DNA from: an uncultured Gammaproteobacteria bacterium
GTDB taxonomy: Bacteria; Patescibacteriota; Microgenomatia; UBA10105; UBA927
DNA length: 64,000 bases
Assembly (NCBI GenBank): GCA_964445435.1
Contig: CAYUKU010000003.1
Span: forward strand, 841-64,840
Reading direction: 5' to 3'
Position numbers and translations under genes: made by a program. The notes under the pieces were generated by a model. It saw nothing but the letters and a program-made list of their open reading frames with translations, searched no databases and had not been told where the DNA came from. Below, piece after piece: positions 37,554 through 47,288 of this stretch. The first letter of the stretch is position 1. Every line of letters begins with the position of its first letter.

Positions 37554-37740
37554 GTTCCTCCTTTGGATAGATGTACCCGTATTTATGGGCATCACGTTTT
37601 ATGACTCGGAAGACATTGGGCTGGAGAACTCGTTTGTGATATCGCTTGCGGAAGACGTCGGGGATAGCGTACGTTGAGAAATCATCCTCAAAATACAGCT
37701 TGCAGATTATTCTGTTGTAGTCTATTTTTGCTTTAGACAT
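37543..37740 (-). CDS. Small basic hypothetical protein (65 aa), first gene after the ftsZ terminator
   Basis: MSKAKIDYNRIICKLYFEDDFSTYAIPDVFRKRYHKRVLQPNVFRVIKRDAHKYGYIYPKEEHGR. There is no obvious Shine-Dalgarno sequence. Confidence 0.4.
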   Translation of the reverse strand: MSKAKIDYNRIICKLYFEDDFSTYAIPDVFRKRYHKRVLQPNVFRVIKRDAHKYGYIYPKEEHGR

Positions 37741-37770
37741 AGGTTTGGCGTATAATAACGCTCTAAACTA

Positions 37771-37791
37771 AAAAACCTGACCTGCGTCAGG
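37771..37791 (-). terminator. Rho-independent terminator downstream of ftsZ
   Basis: The minus strand reads CCTGACGCAGGTCAGG followed by TTTTT, 24 nt after the ftsZ stop. Confidence 0.65.
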
Positions 37792-37814
37792 CCTAGTATC
37801 AACCTACGTCTCTC

Positions 37815-38984
37815 TTAACTTCTCTGTCTTAGGAATGCGGGGATATCGAATTCGTCTTCCTCAGGAGGAAGCTCGTCATCAGGAACGGGAGGCGTATAAA
37901 CCGGGGTTGGCGCGGGACGCGGGGTAGCAGCTTGCTGGACCGGTTGTGCTTGAGCTGCATATGGCTGCGGCGCAGGAGCGGGCGTTGCCCCAAACGCGGG
38001 GCGGCCGGTAATTTCCCTCAGCCTTCGTTTCGTTTCATCAAATCCAGTTGCTATGACTGTAATCTTCACCTGATCCACCAGGTGCTCATCGATGGTTGCC
38101 CCGAAAATGATGTTTGCATCCGGATCCACGGCCGAGGCGATTTGTTTGGCCGCCTCATCGACTTCTGCCATCGTAAGATCCGACCCCCCGGTAATGTTAA
38201 ACAGCACTCCTTTGGCTCCCTCAATGGACACTTCCAGAAGCGGCGAGGCAATCGCGGTACGCGCTGCTGTTGCGGCCCTGTTCTCCCCAACCCCCGTGCC
38301 GATGCCCATGAGCGATGATCCTGCGTTCGTCATGATGGTGCGAACGTCAGCAAAATCGACATTGATAAGTCCGGGCATGGTGATAAGGTCAGCTATTCCC
38401 TGAACACCCTGACCTAACACGGAATCCGTGACGCGAAACGCTTCCAGAAGCGTCATTTTCTTGTCGATAACCTCCAAAAGCCGCTGATTGGGTATGACGA
38501 TAAGTGTATCCACTTTATCTTTCAGATTAGAAATGCCCTCTTCTGCTGCAAGCATCCTTCTGGTTCCCTCAAAATGAAACGGTTTGGTGACGACGGCCAC
38601 AGTAAGGGCTCCCATTTCCTTGGCGACTTGGGCGACGACGGGAGTGGCACCCGTCCCCGTGCCGCCTCCCTCCCCGCAGGTGAGGAAGATCATGTCGGTA
38701 TCCCGAAGATAGTCCTTAATTTTGTCTTTCGATTCTTCTGCAGCTTCTTTGCCGATTTCCGGCTTGCCACCCGCACCCAATCCGCGGGTCACCATATCTC
38801 CTATTTGGATTTTCGTAGGTGCCTGGCAGGTGAGAAGCGCCTGGGCGTCGGTATTTACGCCAATGAAATCGACTCCCGCGATCTGATTGACGGAAATCAT
38901 TGAGTTAATGGCATTGCAGCCGCCGCCGCCGATGCCGATGACCTTAATTTTGGCGAAACGGGCTATATCTGGTTTGATAAGCAT
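37815..38984 (-). CDS. ftsZ: Cell division GTPase FtsZ
   Basis: Tubulin signature GGGTGTG within [17 protein letters not shown], plus a disordered, Pro-rich C-terminal tail. Confidence 0.95.
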   Translation of the reverse strand: MLIKPDIARFAKIKVIGIGGGGCNAINSMISVNQIAGVDFIGVNTDAQALLTCQAPTKIQIGDMVTRGLGAGGKPEIGKEAAEESKDKIKDYLRDTDMIFLTCGEGGGTGTGATPVVAQVAKEMGALTVAVVTKPFHFEGTRRMLAAEEGISNLKDKVDTLIVIPNQRLLEVIDKKMTLLEAFRVTDSVLGQGVQGIADLITMPGLINVDFADVRTIMTNAGSSLMGIGTGVGENRAATAARTAIASPLLEVSIEGAKGVLFNITGGSDLTMAEVDEAAKQIASAVDPDANIIFGATIDEHLVDQVKITVIATGFDETKRRLREITGRPAFGATPAPAPQPYAAQAQPVQQAATPRPAPTPVYTPPVPDDELPPEEDEFDIPAFLRQRS

Positions 38985-39036
38985 ATCTCGTATTCTCAGG
39001 GGCAGAGAATTAGTTCATTCTGAGGAAACTTCTTGT

Positions 39037-40335
39037 TCAGGGCATAAAGGACTTTACCAAATCTATGACCTTCCCTGCAATACCTTTGATCTGGACTTTT
39101 TGTCCGATACGGCCGAAGTTCTGTAAAAACGACGGATTATCTCCCTTATCCGTCCTTCCGCCGAACAGAAGCAGTCCGACGCTCGTTGTGTATGCCGGTG
39201 TCATAATTTCGTCGACCAGTCCGCTGACCTTTGAAGGCGATCCTATGTGAACTGGCATCGCAAGGTTGCGTCTGGCGCACTCAACTGCGCCAACCGTTTC
39301 CGAGCCGCCACCGGTAATGACGACACCGGACGGCGTCATGCCACCAAATCCGCTTCTTTTCAGTTCGAGTGCCACCATCGTAAATATCTCATTGAGTCTC
39401 GGCTTGATAATGCCCTCCACGAGTGTCCGTTTGGAAAGAGTTTTCAATTCCTCCGGCAGAGATAAGCCGGAAACATCCAGTTCATCTGCTTTCTCGGTTT
39501 TCGTTTTTGCTTTCTCCTCTTCATCGAATACTGCGGGCTGTTTCTGCGGACGGCTCAAAAGCAGCTTCACTCGTTCCGCACTCTCAAGGGAAATTCGCAG
39601 TCCCGCCGCCAAATCTTTCGTGATATTGATAGCCCCGATCGGGATAACGGATGAATATGACAGCGCCCCTTCCACGAAAATGGCAACATCAGTTGTGCCG
39701 CCTCCGATATCGACAAGTACGACTCCCAATTCTTTTTCCGTGTCTGAGAGTGTTGCTTCTGCCGATGCGAATCCTCCAAATACCATCCCGCTTACCTCAA
39801 CGCCAAGCTCTTCCACGCATTTGCGTAAATTCCGTAGCGCCGTTGCTCCGCCTGTTACCAAATGCGTATCGACTTCAAGTCGCACGCCGGTCATGCCGAT
39901 GGGATCGACAATCCCCTCCTGACTATCCACGACATACCCCCGTGGAAGCACGTGAAGAATTTCGCGCGAAGATGGAAGTGATATGGCCTTGGCCGCTTCG
40001 ATGACGCGCGCCACATCGTGCTGGGTGATCTCCCGGTCCGGCTCCGCTACTGCAACGACACCGTGCGAATTTTGGGAAGCGATATGATTGCCGCCGACTG
40101 AGATATATGCTCGGGCGACTGATGTTCCGGCCATCCGTTCCGCCGCTTCAAGCGATTGGGAAATTGCAGCGGTTGCTTCCTCAATATTGACGACCTGGCC
40201 TTTTCGTAGGCCCCGGCTTGGTACCGTCGAAACGCCCGAAACGACAGCTTCTCCTTCTTCGGATAGTGTGGCGATGAGCGTGGTAATTTTACTTGTTCCG
40301 ACGTCGATCCCGGAAATGACGTGGTCGCGTGCCAT
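39037..40335 (-). CDS. ftsA: Cell division protein FtsA (actin-like ATPase)
   Basis: ISGIDVGTSKITTLIA, DIGGGTTDVAIF and the SHS2 insert region. Confidence 0.9.
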   Translation of the reverse strand: MARDHVISGIDVGTSKITTLIATLSEEGEAVVSGVSTVPSRGLRKGQVVNIEEATAAISQSLEAAERMAGTSVARAYISVGGNHIASQNSHGVVAVAEPDREITQHDVARVIEAAKAISLPSSREILHVLPRGYVVDSQEGIVDPIGMTGVRLEVDTHLVTGGATALRNLRKCVEELGVEVSGMVFGGFASAEATLSDTEKELGVVLVDIGGGTTDVAIFVEGALSYSSVIPIGAINITKDLAAGLRISLESAERVKLLLSRPQKQPAVFDEEEKAKTKTEKADELDVSGLSLPEELKTLSKRTLVEGIIKPRLNEIFTMVALELKRSGFGGMTPSGVVITGGGSETVGAVECARRNLAMPVHIGSPSKVSGLVDEIMTPAYTTSVGLLLFGGRTDKGDNPSFLQNFGRIGQKVQIKGIAGKVIDLVKSFMP

Positions 40336-40338
40336 AGG

Positions 40339-41031
40339 TTAGAATTTTACAATCGGTTTGTCGAAACGAAGATCAACAACCGTGGGCAGTGTACCTTTTA
40401 TTCTAAACCCCGTTAACAATGTTTGTAAAGTAGCCAGTGTCTCTTTCGCATCCTTATCCTGAGGAATAAAAATGTTTAATTCCGGTGATTTGGCAAGAAA
40501 GTATGACCCTTCCTGATCGGTCATACTTTCTACCGGAATATCGCCGGGAAATGATTCAATCACTGCAATGGCAAGAAGCGCACGCGGGTCGACAATTTTC
40601 TCCCCTACCCGAATGTTTTCAAGAACAATCTCGACAAGCGGAAGCCTCAGCCCTGAATCGCCGTCCGCAAGAACTACTCCTTCCTTATCCACCAGAACCA
40701 TGCGCGTACCCGATCGCAGGCGAACAATGGGTTTTCTAAGAATCGGAACGACTCTCAATGTGTTGGGAAACTTCTTCTGAAACTGGATATCCGATAGAAG
40801 CGGATTATCCGAAAGAATCTCTGTCCGCATGTTTTCTGACGGAAAGAAAATGAGATTGCGTGAAATTCGCTGCTCGTCAATCACCAGCCGCACCGAATCC
40901 CCCACAACCTCGATAGACTGTATGGTAAACAACCACTGCCCAGCCCGGTAGAGGAAATATCCGGTGCCCAGTGTTATGATTATGCTAAGAATAATTCGGC
41001 CGAATTTTCGCCGGACGATGCCAGTCTGCAT
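40339..41031 (-). CDS. ftsQ: FtsQ/DivIB-like cell division protein (POTRA)
   Basis: Single N-terminal TM helix (ILSIIITLGTGYFLY) followed by a POTRA-like segment. The ORF is open to 41112 but the probable start is the ATG at 41031, just after the murG stop. Confidence 0.6.
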   Translation of the reverse strand: MQTGIVRRKFGRIILSIIITLGTGYFLYRAGQWLFTIQSIEVVGDSVRLVIDEQRISRNLIFFPSENMRTEILSDNPLLSDIQFQKKFPNTLRVVPILRKPIVRLRSGTRMVLVDKEGVVLADGDSGLRLPLVEIVLENIRVGEKIVDPRALLAIAVIESFPGDIPVESMTDQEGSYFLAKSPELNIFIPQDKDAKETLATLQTLLTGFRIKGTLPTVVDLRFDKPIVKF

Positions 41032-41032
41032 A

Positions 41033-42133
41033 CTATGAAAGTATAGCAGCAATCTGCTCTGAGAGGCGCTTGGCGCCATCGCGGGGAATCTGCGCCAAAG
41101 AAGAAGAATCAATTTTCATTTTTTGGGCGGCCGAGAGTTTGTCTATCATCGCGGCAAGTGTGTCGACCGTCGCGGAGTCCTGCGGAAGAATTTCCGCTAG
41201 CCCCAATGATTTCAACCAGAGGGCGTTTTTCATCTGTTCACCCCCGCTTGACCACGGAAGCGGGACGAGAATGGCGCGCTTCTTAAGCACCGCAAGTTCC
41301 ATCACCGTATTTGCACCCGATCTTCCGATGACAAGTTTCGCATGATGCATGAGCCACCCTGCGTGTGCGCTATCGAAATAATCCTGGACCACATACTTGT
41401 CTTTCAGATTATCCGGAAGCTCTTCCCGCAGCCGTATAGCCTGAGGATATGATATCTTGCCGGTCTGATGGACAACCACAAAACCGGAAAGCAGCCGACG
41501 GATTGACTGGAAAATAATCGCATTGAGCGATACAGCGCCCGTGGCACCGCCGGTTACATACAGAATATTCTCGCCGTTTTTTATGCCTTGGGGTTTGTCT
41601 TTCGTCACGGTGAGAAACTCCTTACGAAGCGGCAGCCCGGTTACGACGGTCTTTCGTATCGGGAAAACATGCGCGGTTTGTTCAAATGACACACAGATGA
41701 TACGGGCAAATTTCGCGATGATTCTGTTGGTCAGGCCCGGCGAAAGTGTTTGTTCGTGCGTAACAATCGGAACCCAGAGCATATAGGCTGCAAGTGCAAC
41801 GGGAAACGCGATATACCCCCCGAATGAGACGACGAGATCCGGTTTTTCCAAAAGAAGGTATTTCAGACCCAAAAGAAACCCAACGGGAATCTTGAGTAAG
41901 GAGATAAACGAGTGAATGCTGAAGACGCGCGTCAATCGGCCGGCAGTGATCGGGAGAAATCTAACCCCCCGTTTCTTGACAAGCACCTTTTCCGGTGATG
42001 CATGGGGTGACCCCTCGATTGCAGTGACTCTTCCGATATACACGAGGTCCCACTCCGGATGGGACAACTGAAGCTCTTCTATAAGTGCCAGTGCCGGCGT
42101 TACGTGCCCACCAGTGATAAGTATTTTTTTCAT
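41033..42133 (-). CDS. murG: UDP-N-acetylglucosamine--N-acetylmuramyl-(pentapeptide) pyrophosphoryl-undecaprenol N-acetylglucosamine transferase (MurG)
   Basis: MKKILITGGHVTPALALIEEL..., a GT28 fold pattern, and the position between ftsW and ftsQ. Confidence 0.85.
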   Translation of the reverse strand: MKKILITGGHVTPALALIEELQLSHPEWDLVYIGRVTAIEGSPHASPEKVLVKKRGVRFLPITAGRLTRVFSIHSFISLLKIPVGFLLGLKYLLLEKPDLVVSFGGYIAFPVALAAYMLWVPIVTHEQTLSPGLTNRIIAKFARIICVSFEQTAHVFPIRKTVVTGLPLRKEFLTVTKDKPQGIKNGENILYVTGGATGAVSLNAIIFQSIRRLLSGFVVVHQTGKISYPQAIRLREELPDNLKDKYVVQDYFDSAHAGWLMHHAKLVIGRSGANTVMELAVLKKRAILVPLPWSSGGEQMKNALWLKSLGLAEILPQDSATVDTLAAMIDKLSAAQKMKIDSSSLAQIPRDGAKRLSEQIAAILS

Positions 42134-42134
42134 G

Positions 42135-43178
42135 TTAGTGACGATACCGACTTATATTAAGCACAATTCCGATGGCTAACAAGAGAATGATAAGACTGGA
42201 TCCGCCGTAGGAAATAAACGGAAGCGGCACTCCCGTAAGGGGAATGAGCGCGACCATCGCACTTATATTCATAAGCGTTTGTATGCCGACCCATGAAAGA
42301 ATACCTAATGCAAGAAGTCGTCCGAAAGAATCAGGTGCATGAGCGGCAATACGAAACCCGCGCCCGATGATGAACAGGAATCCCAAAACGACAAGCGATG
42401 CCCCTACGAATCCGATTTCCTCTCCGATGATGGCGAAAATAGAATCCGTATTTGCCTCGGGAAGATATTCGTATTTCTGGCGCGATTTTCCGATACCCAC
42501 GCCCCACCATCCGCCCGAACCCAGGCCGATAAGCACCTGACGGATCTGATACGAACTGCCCAGGGGATCTTGACTAGGGTTAAGAAATGTCGTCAAACGT
42601 TCCATTCTATACGGCGCTGCTATTGCAAGTAGAAGAATTGCCCCCACGGCAACCGGCACCAGTCCCAGAACGTGTCCGATCGGTGCGCCGGAGAAAAAGT
42701 ATAAAGCCACGGCGATGCCTGAGAGGATGATACTGGTCCCCAGATCCGGTTCCAGAACCACAAGTCCGGCAATCATTCCCACAAGAAGAAGAAACGAGAA
42801 AAATCTATTTTTCTCGCCCTTCGAAAACCAGGCTGATAAGTACACGACAAGCGTCAGTTTCGCCAGTTCGGCCGGCTGCAAAACGAAAAATCCGAAATTA
42901 ATCCAGCGCCGGGCCCCTAAAGCACTAATGCCCACACCGGGCAGAAACACGATAAGAAGAAGCGCCATGGTAACCAGAAGCATGGGAACTGCGACGGTGT
43001 ACCAGAACCTATACGGTACCCTGCTCGTAATCCCAAGTGCCACGAGGCCGACAACCAGCCACTTCAGCTGCTCTTTCACGAAGTAATATTGATCCTGAAA
43101 ATCGCGAATGGCGATCGCGACGGAAGAGTCGTATACCATAAGCACTCCGAAGAGAGACAGTAAAACGACTCCCAACAC
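42135..43178 (-). CDS. ftsW: SEDS protein FtsW (lipid II flippase/polymerase)
   Basis: 10-TM protein with a PLPFISYGGSSL C-terminal motif, in the dcw position between murD and murG. Confidence 0.85.
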   Translation of the reverse strand: MLGVVLLSLFGVLMVYDSSVAIAIRDFQDQYYFVKEQLKWLVVGLVALGITSRVPYRFWYTVAVPMLLVTMALLLIVFLPGVGISALGARRWINFGFFVLQPAELAKLTLVVYLSAWFSKGEKNRFFSFLLLVGMIAGLVVLEPDLGTSIILSGIAVALYFFSGAPIGHVLGLVPVAVGAILLLAIAAPYRMERLTTFLNPSQDPLGSSYQIRQVLIGLGSGGWWGVGIGKSRQKYEYLPEANTDSIFAIIGEEIGFVGASLVVLGFLFIIGRGFRIAAHAPDSFGRLLALGILSWVGIQTLMNISAMVALIPLTGVPLPFISYGGSSLIILLLAIGIVLNISRYRH

Positions 43179-43273
43179 TAACTAGTGATCCGCCTTTCCC
43201 CCATGCGACTCTCCCCGCTGAAAAAGTTTCTTCGACGCGTTCTGTCTTATGAGTAATTTCTGAATTATATTCT

Positions 43274-44512
43274 TCATGCGGCAGTGGATCCGAGCTCCCG
43301 TATATATTTTTGAAATAATTCGCCCTTTTCTTCGAAATTCTTCCAGATGCTATAGCTGGGCGACGCAGTCGAAAGTAAACAAATACGCCCGGGTTTTGTG
43401 TGTTGATACGCAAATGCCACGGCTTCTTTCATGTCGCGGGTCGTAATGATGCGAAATTTCCGCTTCGCATACTTGGCAAGAATCTCCCCTATGCGCACCC
43501 CCGAATCCGGAAAGAGAACGACATTTTCTATACTGCTTCTGTCTATCATGCGCACCAGCTCGTCAAACACATACCCGCGGTCCTGACCGCCCAAAAAAAT
43601 CGTCTGCACGCCATCGAGCGCTTCTATCGCAGATATAGTAGACTCCGGAGTCGTGGAAATTCCGTCGTCATAGAACAGGATTTCCTTGTACGTTCCTACG
43701 TGCTCCAACCTGTGTGGAAGCGGCCGAAACGCCATGATACTCTCGCGCATAATTGCAGGGGGCACACGGAAAAGATTTCCCACGGTTACCGCAGCCCGGA
43801 CATTATCGCGATTGTGTTTCCCTTTCAGCGGAATCTCCTCATCACGGCAAGGCAGTTTGTCTGTGTACGCAAGGGCATGCGCAGGCGTCTCTGAAGCGAG
43901 GATCCGCAGACGTTCAAATGAGGGATTATAGACAAGGTAATCTTCATTCATAAGAAATGAGGCTATTCTTTTTTTGGCTTGCCAGTAGGCTTCAACTGAT
44001 CCGTGATGATCCATGTGTTCCGGGAAGAAGCTCACGAAAACTGCAATATGGGGAGAATACTCGATATCTTCCAACTGGTAACTGGATAACTCATAGACAT
44101 ATATATCGTCCTTGTCCTTCTCCTGCAACAATTCGGTAAGCGCCGGGTTTCCGATGTTTCCGACAAGATGTGCACGCAGTCCCGCGTTTTTCAGTATTTC
44201 GTAAATGAGTGTCGTTGTTGTGCTTTTTCCCTTGGTGCCCGTGATACCGACAACCGTCCCTTTGGTATTTGCGAAAAACATGTTGGTCGCAGTCGTATAC
44301 GGGATCCGGACGAGGTCACGCCTGACACTGGGTGATCTTACGGCAATGTCATACCTATCCTGATTCGCCAGATAATTCTCGCCGTTTACTTTATCGGCTA
44401 TGTCGATAACCGCATCGGGATAATAGTGACGAAGATAGTTCAGGGTCGCTTTTCCCTCGATCCCCATGCCGATGAGGAGAATCTTCTTGTTGGCGAATTG
44501 CTGTATGTTCAT
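43274..44512 (-). CDS. murD: UDP-N-acetylmuramoylalanine--glutamate ligase (MurD)
   Basis: KILLIGMGIEGKATLNYL N-terminus and the Mur ligase P-loop GITGTKGKSTTTTLIYEIL. Confidence 0.85.
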   Translation of the reverse strand: MNIQQFANKKILLIGMGIEGKATLNYLRHYYPDAVIDIADKVNGENYLANQDRYDIAVRSPSVRRDLVRIPYTTATNMFFANTKGTVVGITGTKGKSTTTTLIYEILKNAGLRAHLVGNIGNPALTELLQEKDKDDIYVYELSSYQLEDIEYSPHIAVFVSFFPEHMDHHGSVEAYWQAKKRIASFLMNEDYLVYNPSFERLRILASETPAHALAYTDKLPCRDEEIPLKGKHNRDNVRAAVTVGNLFRVPPAIMRESIMAFRPLPHRLEHVGTYKEILFYDDGISTTPESTISAIEALDGVQTIFLGGQDRGYVFDELVRMIDRSSIENVVLFPDSGVRIGEILAKYAKRKFRIITTRDMKEAVAFAYQHTKPGRICLLSTASPSYSIWKNFEEKGELFQKYIRELGSTAA

Positions 44513-45825
44513 ACCGATCGTATTATTTCATCAAATTCCGGAGGAACGAAATGGTGAGGCGTGTAAGAATCAGCAGGGAGAGGTTTTAGCGAAACAGCTA
44601 AGCTGGCAACCACCGCATCTTGCGCAAACTCGCCGCGTTTCATAACCGCCATGAATGCAGACGTTGCCTCCTGGGGTGTCCCGACACACTCAAATGGCTT
44701 AAACCCTTCAAGGCCCAGCAGTTCCCGGTAGACCGGAAGAAGTGCGGTATCGTCAAGGAGATTCTTCCCGAAAATATCTACAACGGTCTCTCTCGGCAGG
44801 TATTCCGACAGAAGTAAAAATACAAACGCACACTTGGGACATGTGCCGCACCACTGTCCACGCCGCGGGTCTCCCGTAATTTTGAAATTCGTATTACAGC
44901 TTGTAAATGAATGGAAATACTGCGGATAGGAAGAAAATGTTCCCGTGATTTCCCGTTCGGTGAAAGGCCGAAGAAGGGAAAATAGGCCAAGATCCGGACT
45001 TATGTGTCTGTGCGCATGCGATGCAAACATGCTTTCGAATTCCAGCGACTTACTCCATTGGTGGTTCATTTCCTCGCCCAGGTATTCTACGTTTCCATAA
45101 TTTGCGCTTTCTTCGTTTGAGGCGATGACATATTGGAAATCATACAAGGCAGCCGCCAGCATACCTGTACACATGAATATGGACGTAATCGGTACATGAC
45201 CGTTGTACGTACCCGGTTGGGCATTAAGATCCATAAGTTTCGGGTCGATAGTCCGTTTCATAGTCAGGAGGGTAACACCCATTTGAGAAGCAACCGCCTC
45301 ATGAATGGGCGTCGGATTGAGTGTAAAAAGAGCGAAATTTTTCCTGTGTTTCTTAAGGAGCTCTCCGGTCACGATAGAGTCCTTCCCCGCCCCCAAAAGA
45401 ACCAGACTCCGGGATGAAAATTTGACCCTGCCGGGTGACAAGGGAGACGTTTCTCCGTCTGAAGGGAATGAAACAAGCCCGCGAAAGTCAATCGTATTGC
45501 GATAGAAAAACTCCCCCAATCCCTTCGTATACAGTATCCGGAAAAACTCCGCCTCGGAAGAGGCAAGAGAATAAGAAACGGTGATGTCCCGCGGGCAAAA
45601 AGTTTTCCAGTAGCTTATGCCCAACAGAAGATGCAACTGTCGCGCGATCCGCTCGGCAAGAAGCTCGCGCTCCTGTCCGATAGAACCATCAGGAGGACGA
45701 AACGCGATCCGTTCAGTAAAAAGAATCTGTTTGTCACCATGCGTTAGTTCATATGAACATGAAAGCGATCCTCCCTGAATATCCAGTCCGTACGAAGAAA
45801 AAACGAAGCGCGTTTGTTTGGTCAT
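44509..45825 (-). CDS. QueC/ExsB-like PP-loop ATP pyrophosphatase-fold protein with a C-terminal CxxCxxC cluster, embedded between mraY and murD (candidate MurL-type epimerase; function unproven)
   Basis: PP-loop-like LVLLGAGKDS (compare SGGxDS) and the Cys cluster WCGTCPKCAF. The ORF is open to 45912, but the ATG at 45825 forms an ATGA overlap with the mraY stop. It is an unusual dcw-cluster member. Confidence 0.5.
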   Translation of the reverse strand: MTKQTRFVFSSYGLDIQGGSLSCSYELTHGDKQILFTERIAFRPPDGSIGQERELLAERIARQLHLLLGISYWKTFCPRDITVSYSLASSEAEFFRILYTKGLGEFFYRNTIDFRGLVSFPSDGETSPLSPGRVKFSSRSLVLLGAGKDSIVTGELLKKHRKNFALFTLNPTPIHEAVASQMGVTLLTMKRTIDPKLMDLNAQPGTYNGHVPITSIFMCTGMLAAALYDFQYVIASNEESANYGNVEYLGEEMNHQWSKSLEFESMFASHAHRHISPDLGLFSLLRPFTEREITGTFSSYPQYFHSFTSCNTNFKITGDPRRGQWCGTCPKCAFVFLLLSEYLPRETVVDIFGKNLLDDTALLPVYRELLGLEGFKPFECVGTPQEATSAFMAVMKRGEFAQDAVVASLAVSLKPLPADSYTPHHFVPPEFDEIIRSV

Positions 45826-46859
45826 ACTTTCAGAATCGAAAGCCATAACCCAAAAATCGCAAACACCACGCTCAGTATCCAGAAACGCATGACGATTTTT
45901 GGCTCTGGCCATCCCTTATGTTGGAGCCATAGATGAAGAGGCGCTGCCGAGAAAAGTTTCCGCCCGAAGTATTGCTTCCAGAAAAGCTGCAAAAACGACG
46001 AGGCGACCTCAATGACAAAAATCCCCCCTATAATGACCAATGCTGGTGCTTTCCCAAGGATAAGCGCTACTACGGCAAGGGTCGCGCCAAATGAAAGCGC
46101 TCCTACATCGCCCAAGAAAATGCGTGCGGGGAAGACGTTGAAGTACATAAATGCAAGTAGTCCCCCAAGCCAGAGGGCGATAAATACAGAAAGCGGAGAA
46201 TCAAGAATTGAAGCAGAAATCACCCAAAACGCGACAAGAGAAACCAAAAGCACCCCGGATGCCAGTCCGTCCAACCCGTCTGTGATGTTATAGGCGTTCG
46301 CAAACGCGATAATGACCAGGATTGCCATGAGCACGTAGACCCATCCCATATGGATGATCCCAACAAACGGGATGTAAAAAATATCTATTTTAAGATCATG
46401 TACGAGCCAGAACCCGATAATGGAGGCAAGCATAATCTCGAATATGAGCTTATGCCGGAGCCGCAACCCGAAAAAACCGGAACTGGCAAGCATGAATGTC
46501 TTCTTCGCATCGTCGAGAAGCCCCAGGATGCCAAATGACAGAAACGTGAATAACAATATCTTTATTTCGCTCATCATGGGATACACGGAGGTAATCGGTA
46601 TCCAAAAATATTTCATGATAAGCATGGTGAGCGGAAACAGGAGCGTGACAAGAACGATAATCAAAAGTCCTCCACCCACCGGGGTTCCTGCCTTTTTCTG
46701 ATGGAATCGGTCAAATATGGGCGTCCTCTTATCAAACGCGTCTAATGTTTTTTGTTTCAGACGCTGGAAGCGCCACCGATACAGAAGCTGGATAAAGGGT
46801 ACGTAGAGAAGACTTGTGAAAAACCAGGAAAATAATAGTAAACCGAGTAAAAATCCCAT
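45822..46859 (-). CDS. mraY: Phospho-N-acetylmuramoyl-pentapeptide transferase (MraY)
   Basis: 10-TM protein with the conserved DDxxD-type region (GLLDDAKK) and the NAYNITDGLDGL motif. Confidence 0.9.
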   Translation of the reverse strand: MGFLLGLLLFSWFFTSLLYVPFIQLLYRWRFQRLKQKTLDAFDKRTPIFDRFHQKKAGTPVGGGLLIIVLVTLLFPLTMLIMKYFWIPITSVYPMMSEIKILLFTFLSFGILGLLDDAKKTFMLASSGFFGLRLRHKLIFEIMLASIIGFWLVHDLKIDIFYIPFVGIIHMGWVYVLMAILVIIAFANAYNITDGLDGLASGVLLVSLVAFWVISASILDSPLSVFIALWLGGLLAFMYFNVFPARIFLGDVGALSFGATLAVVALILGKAPALVIIGGIFVIEVASSFLQLFWKQYFGRKLFSAAPLHLWLQHKGWPEPKIVMRFWILSVVFAIFGLWLSILKV

Positions 46860-46867
46860 ATGAAAAC

Positions 46868-47242
46868 TTACCAGCCCATCTCAACCACGAGGTAGGGTCC
46901 GAAAATGAAAAAAGCAACAAGAACCGCGCCAAAGGCGACGGTGAGCATCATTCCGGCCGAGACGTCTTTGGCAATTTTTGCCTGCGTTTTCCACTCAGTG
47001 GTAATCAGATCTGTCATGGATTCAAGGGCCGTATTTATCATCTCGCCTGCAAGTCCCAGGAGAATGGTAAATACGATGATCGCTTTCTCAACTGATGTGA
47101 TGTCGAAATAATAGCTCAAATAGAGAGCAAAAACTGACAATACGAGGTGAACACGAAAATTCGGTTGCGTGCGTACGGCCCAGAGAATTCCTGCAAAAGC
47201 GTTTTTGAAGGAAATATGATGCTGGCGCAGCGTCTTCATCAT
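46868..47242 (-). CDS. dgkA: Diacylglycerol kinase / undecaprenol kinase (DgkA family)
   Basis: Three TM helices and the GEMINTALESMTD motif. The ORF track extends to 47341; the probable start is MMKTLRQ at about 47242. Confidence 0.7.
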   Translation of the reverse strand: MMKTLRQHHISFKNAFAGILWAVRTQPNFRVHLVLSVFALYLSYYFDITSVEKAIIVFTILLGLAGEMINTALESMTDLITTEWKTQAKIAKDVSAGMMLTVAFGAVLVAFFIFGPYLVVEMGW

Positions 47243-47288
47243 ACGTGGTACTGTAAGTATAGGTGAATGGCCCCAAAAACTCAAACAA

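Noticed and set aside
37059-37604. 181-aa plus-strand ORF
   Set aside because: Its composition is low-complexity Cys/Ser/Phe-rich. It overlaps better-looking minus-strand frames and has no RBS.
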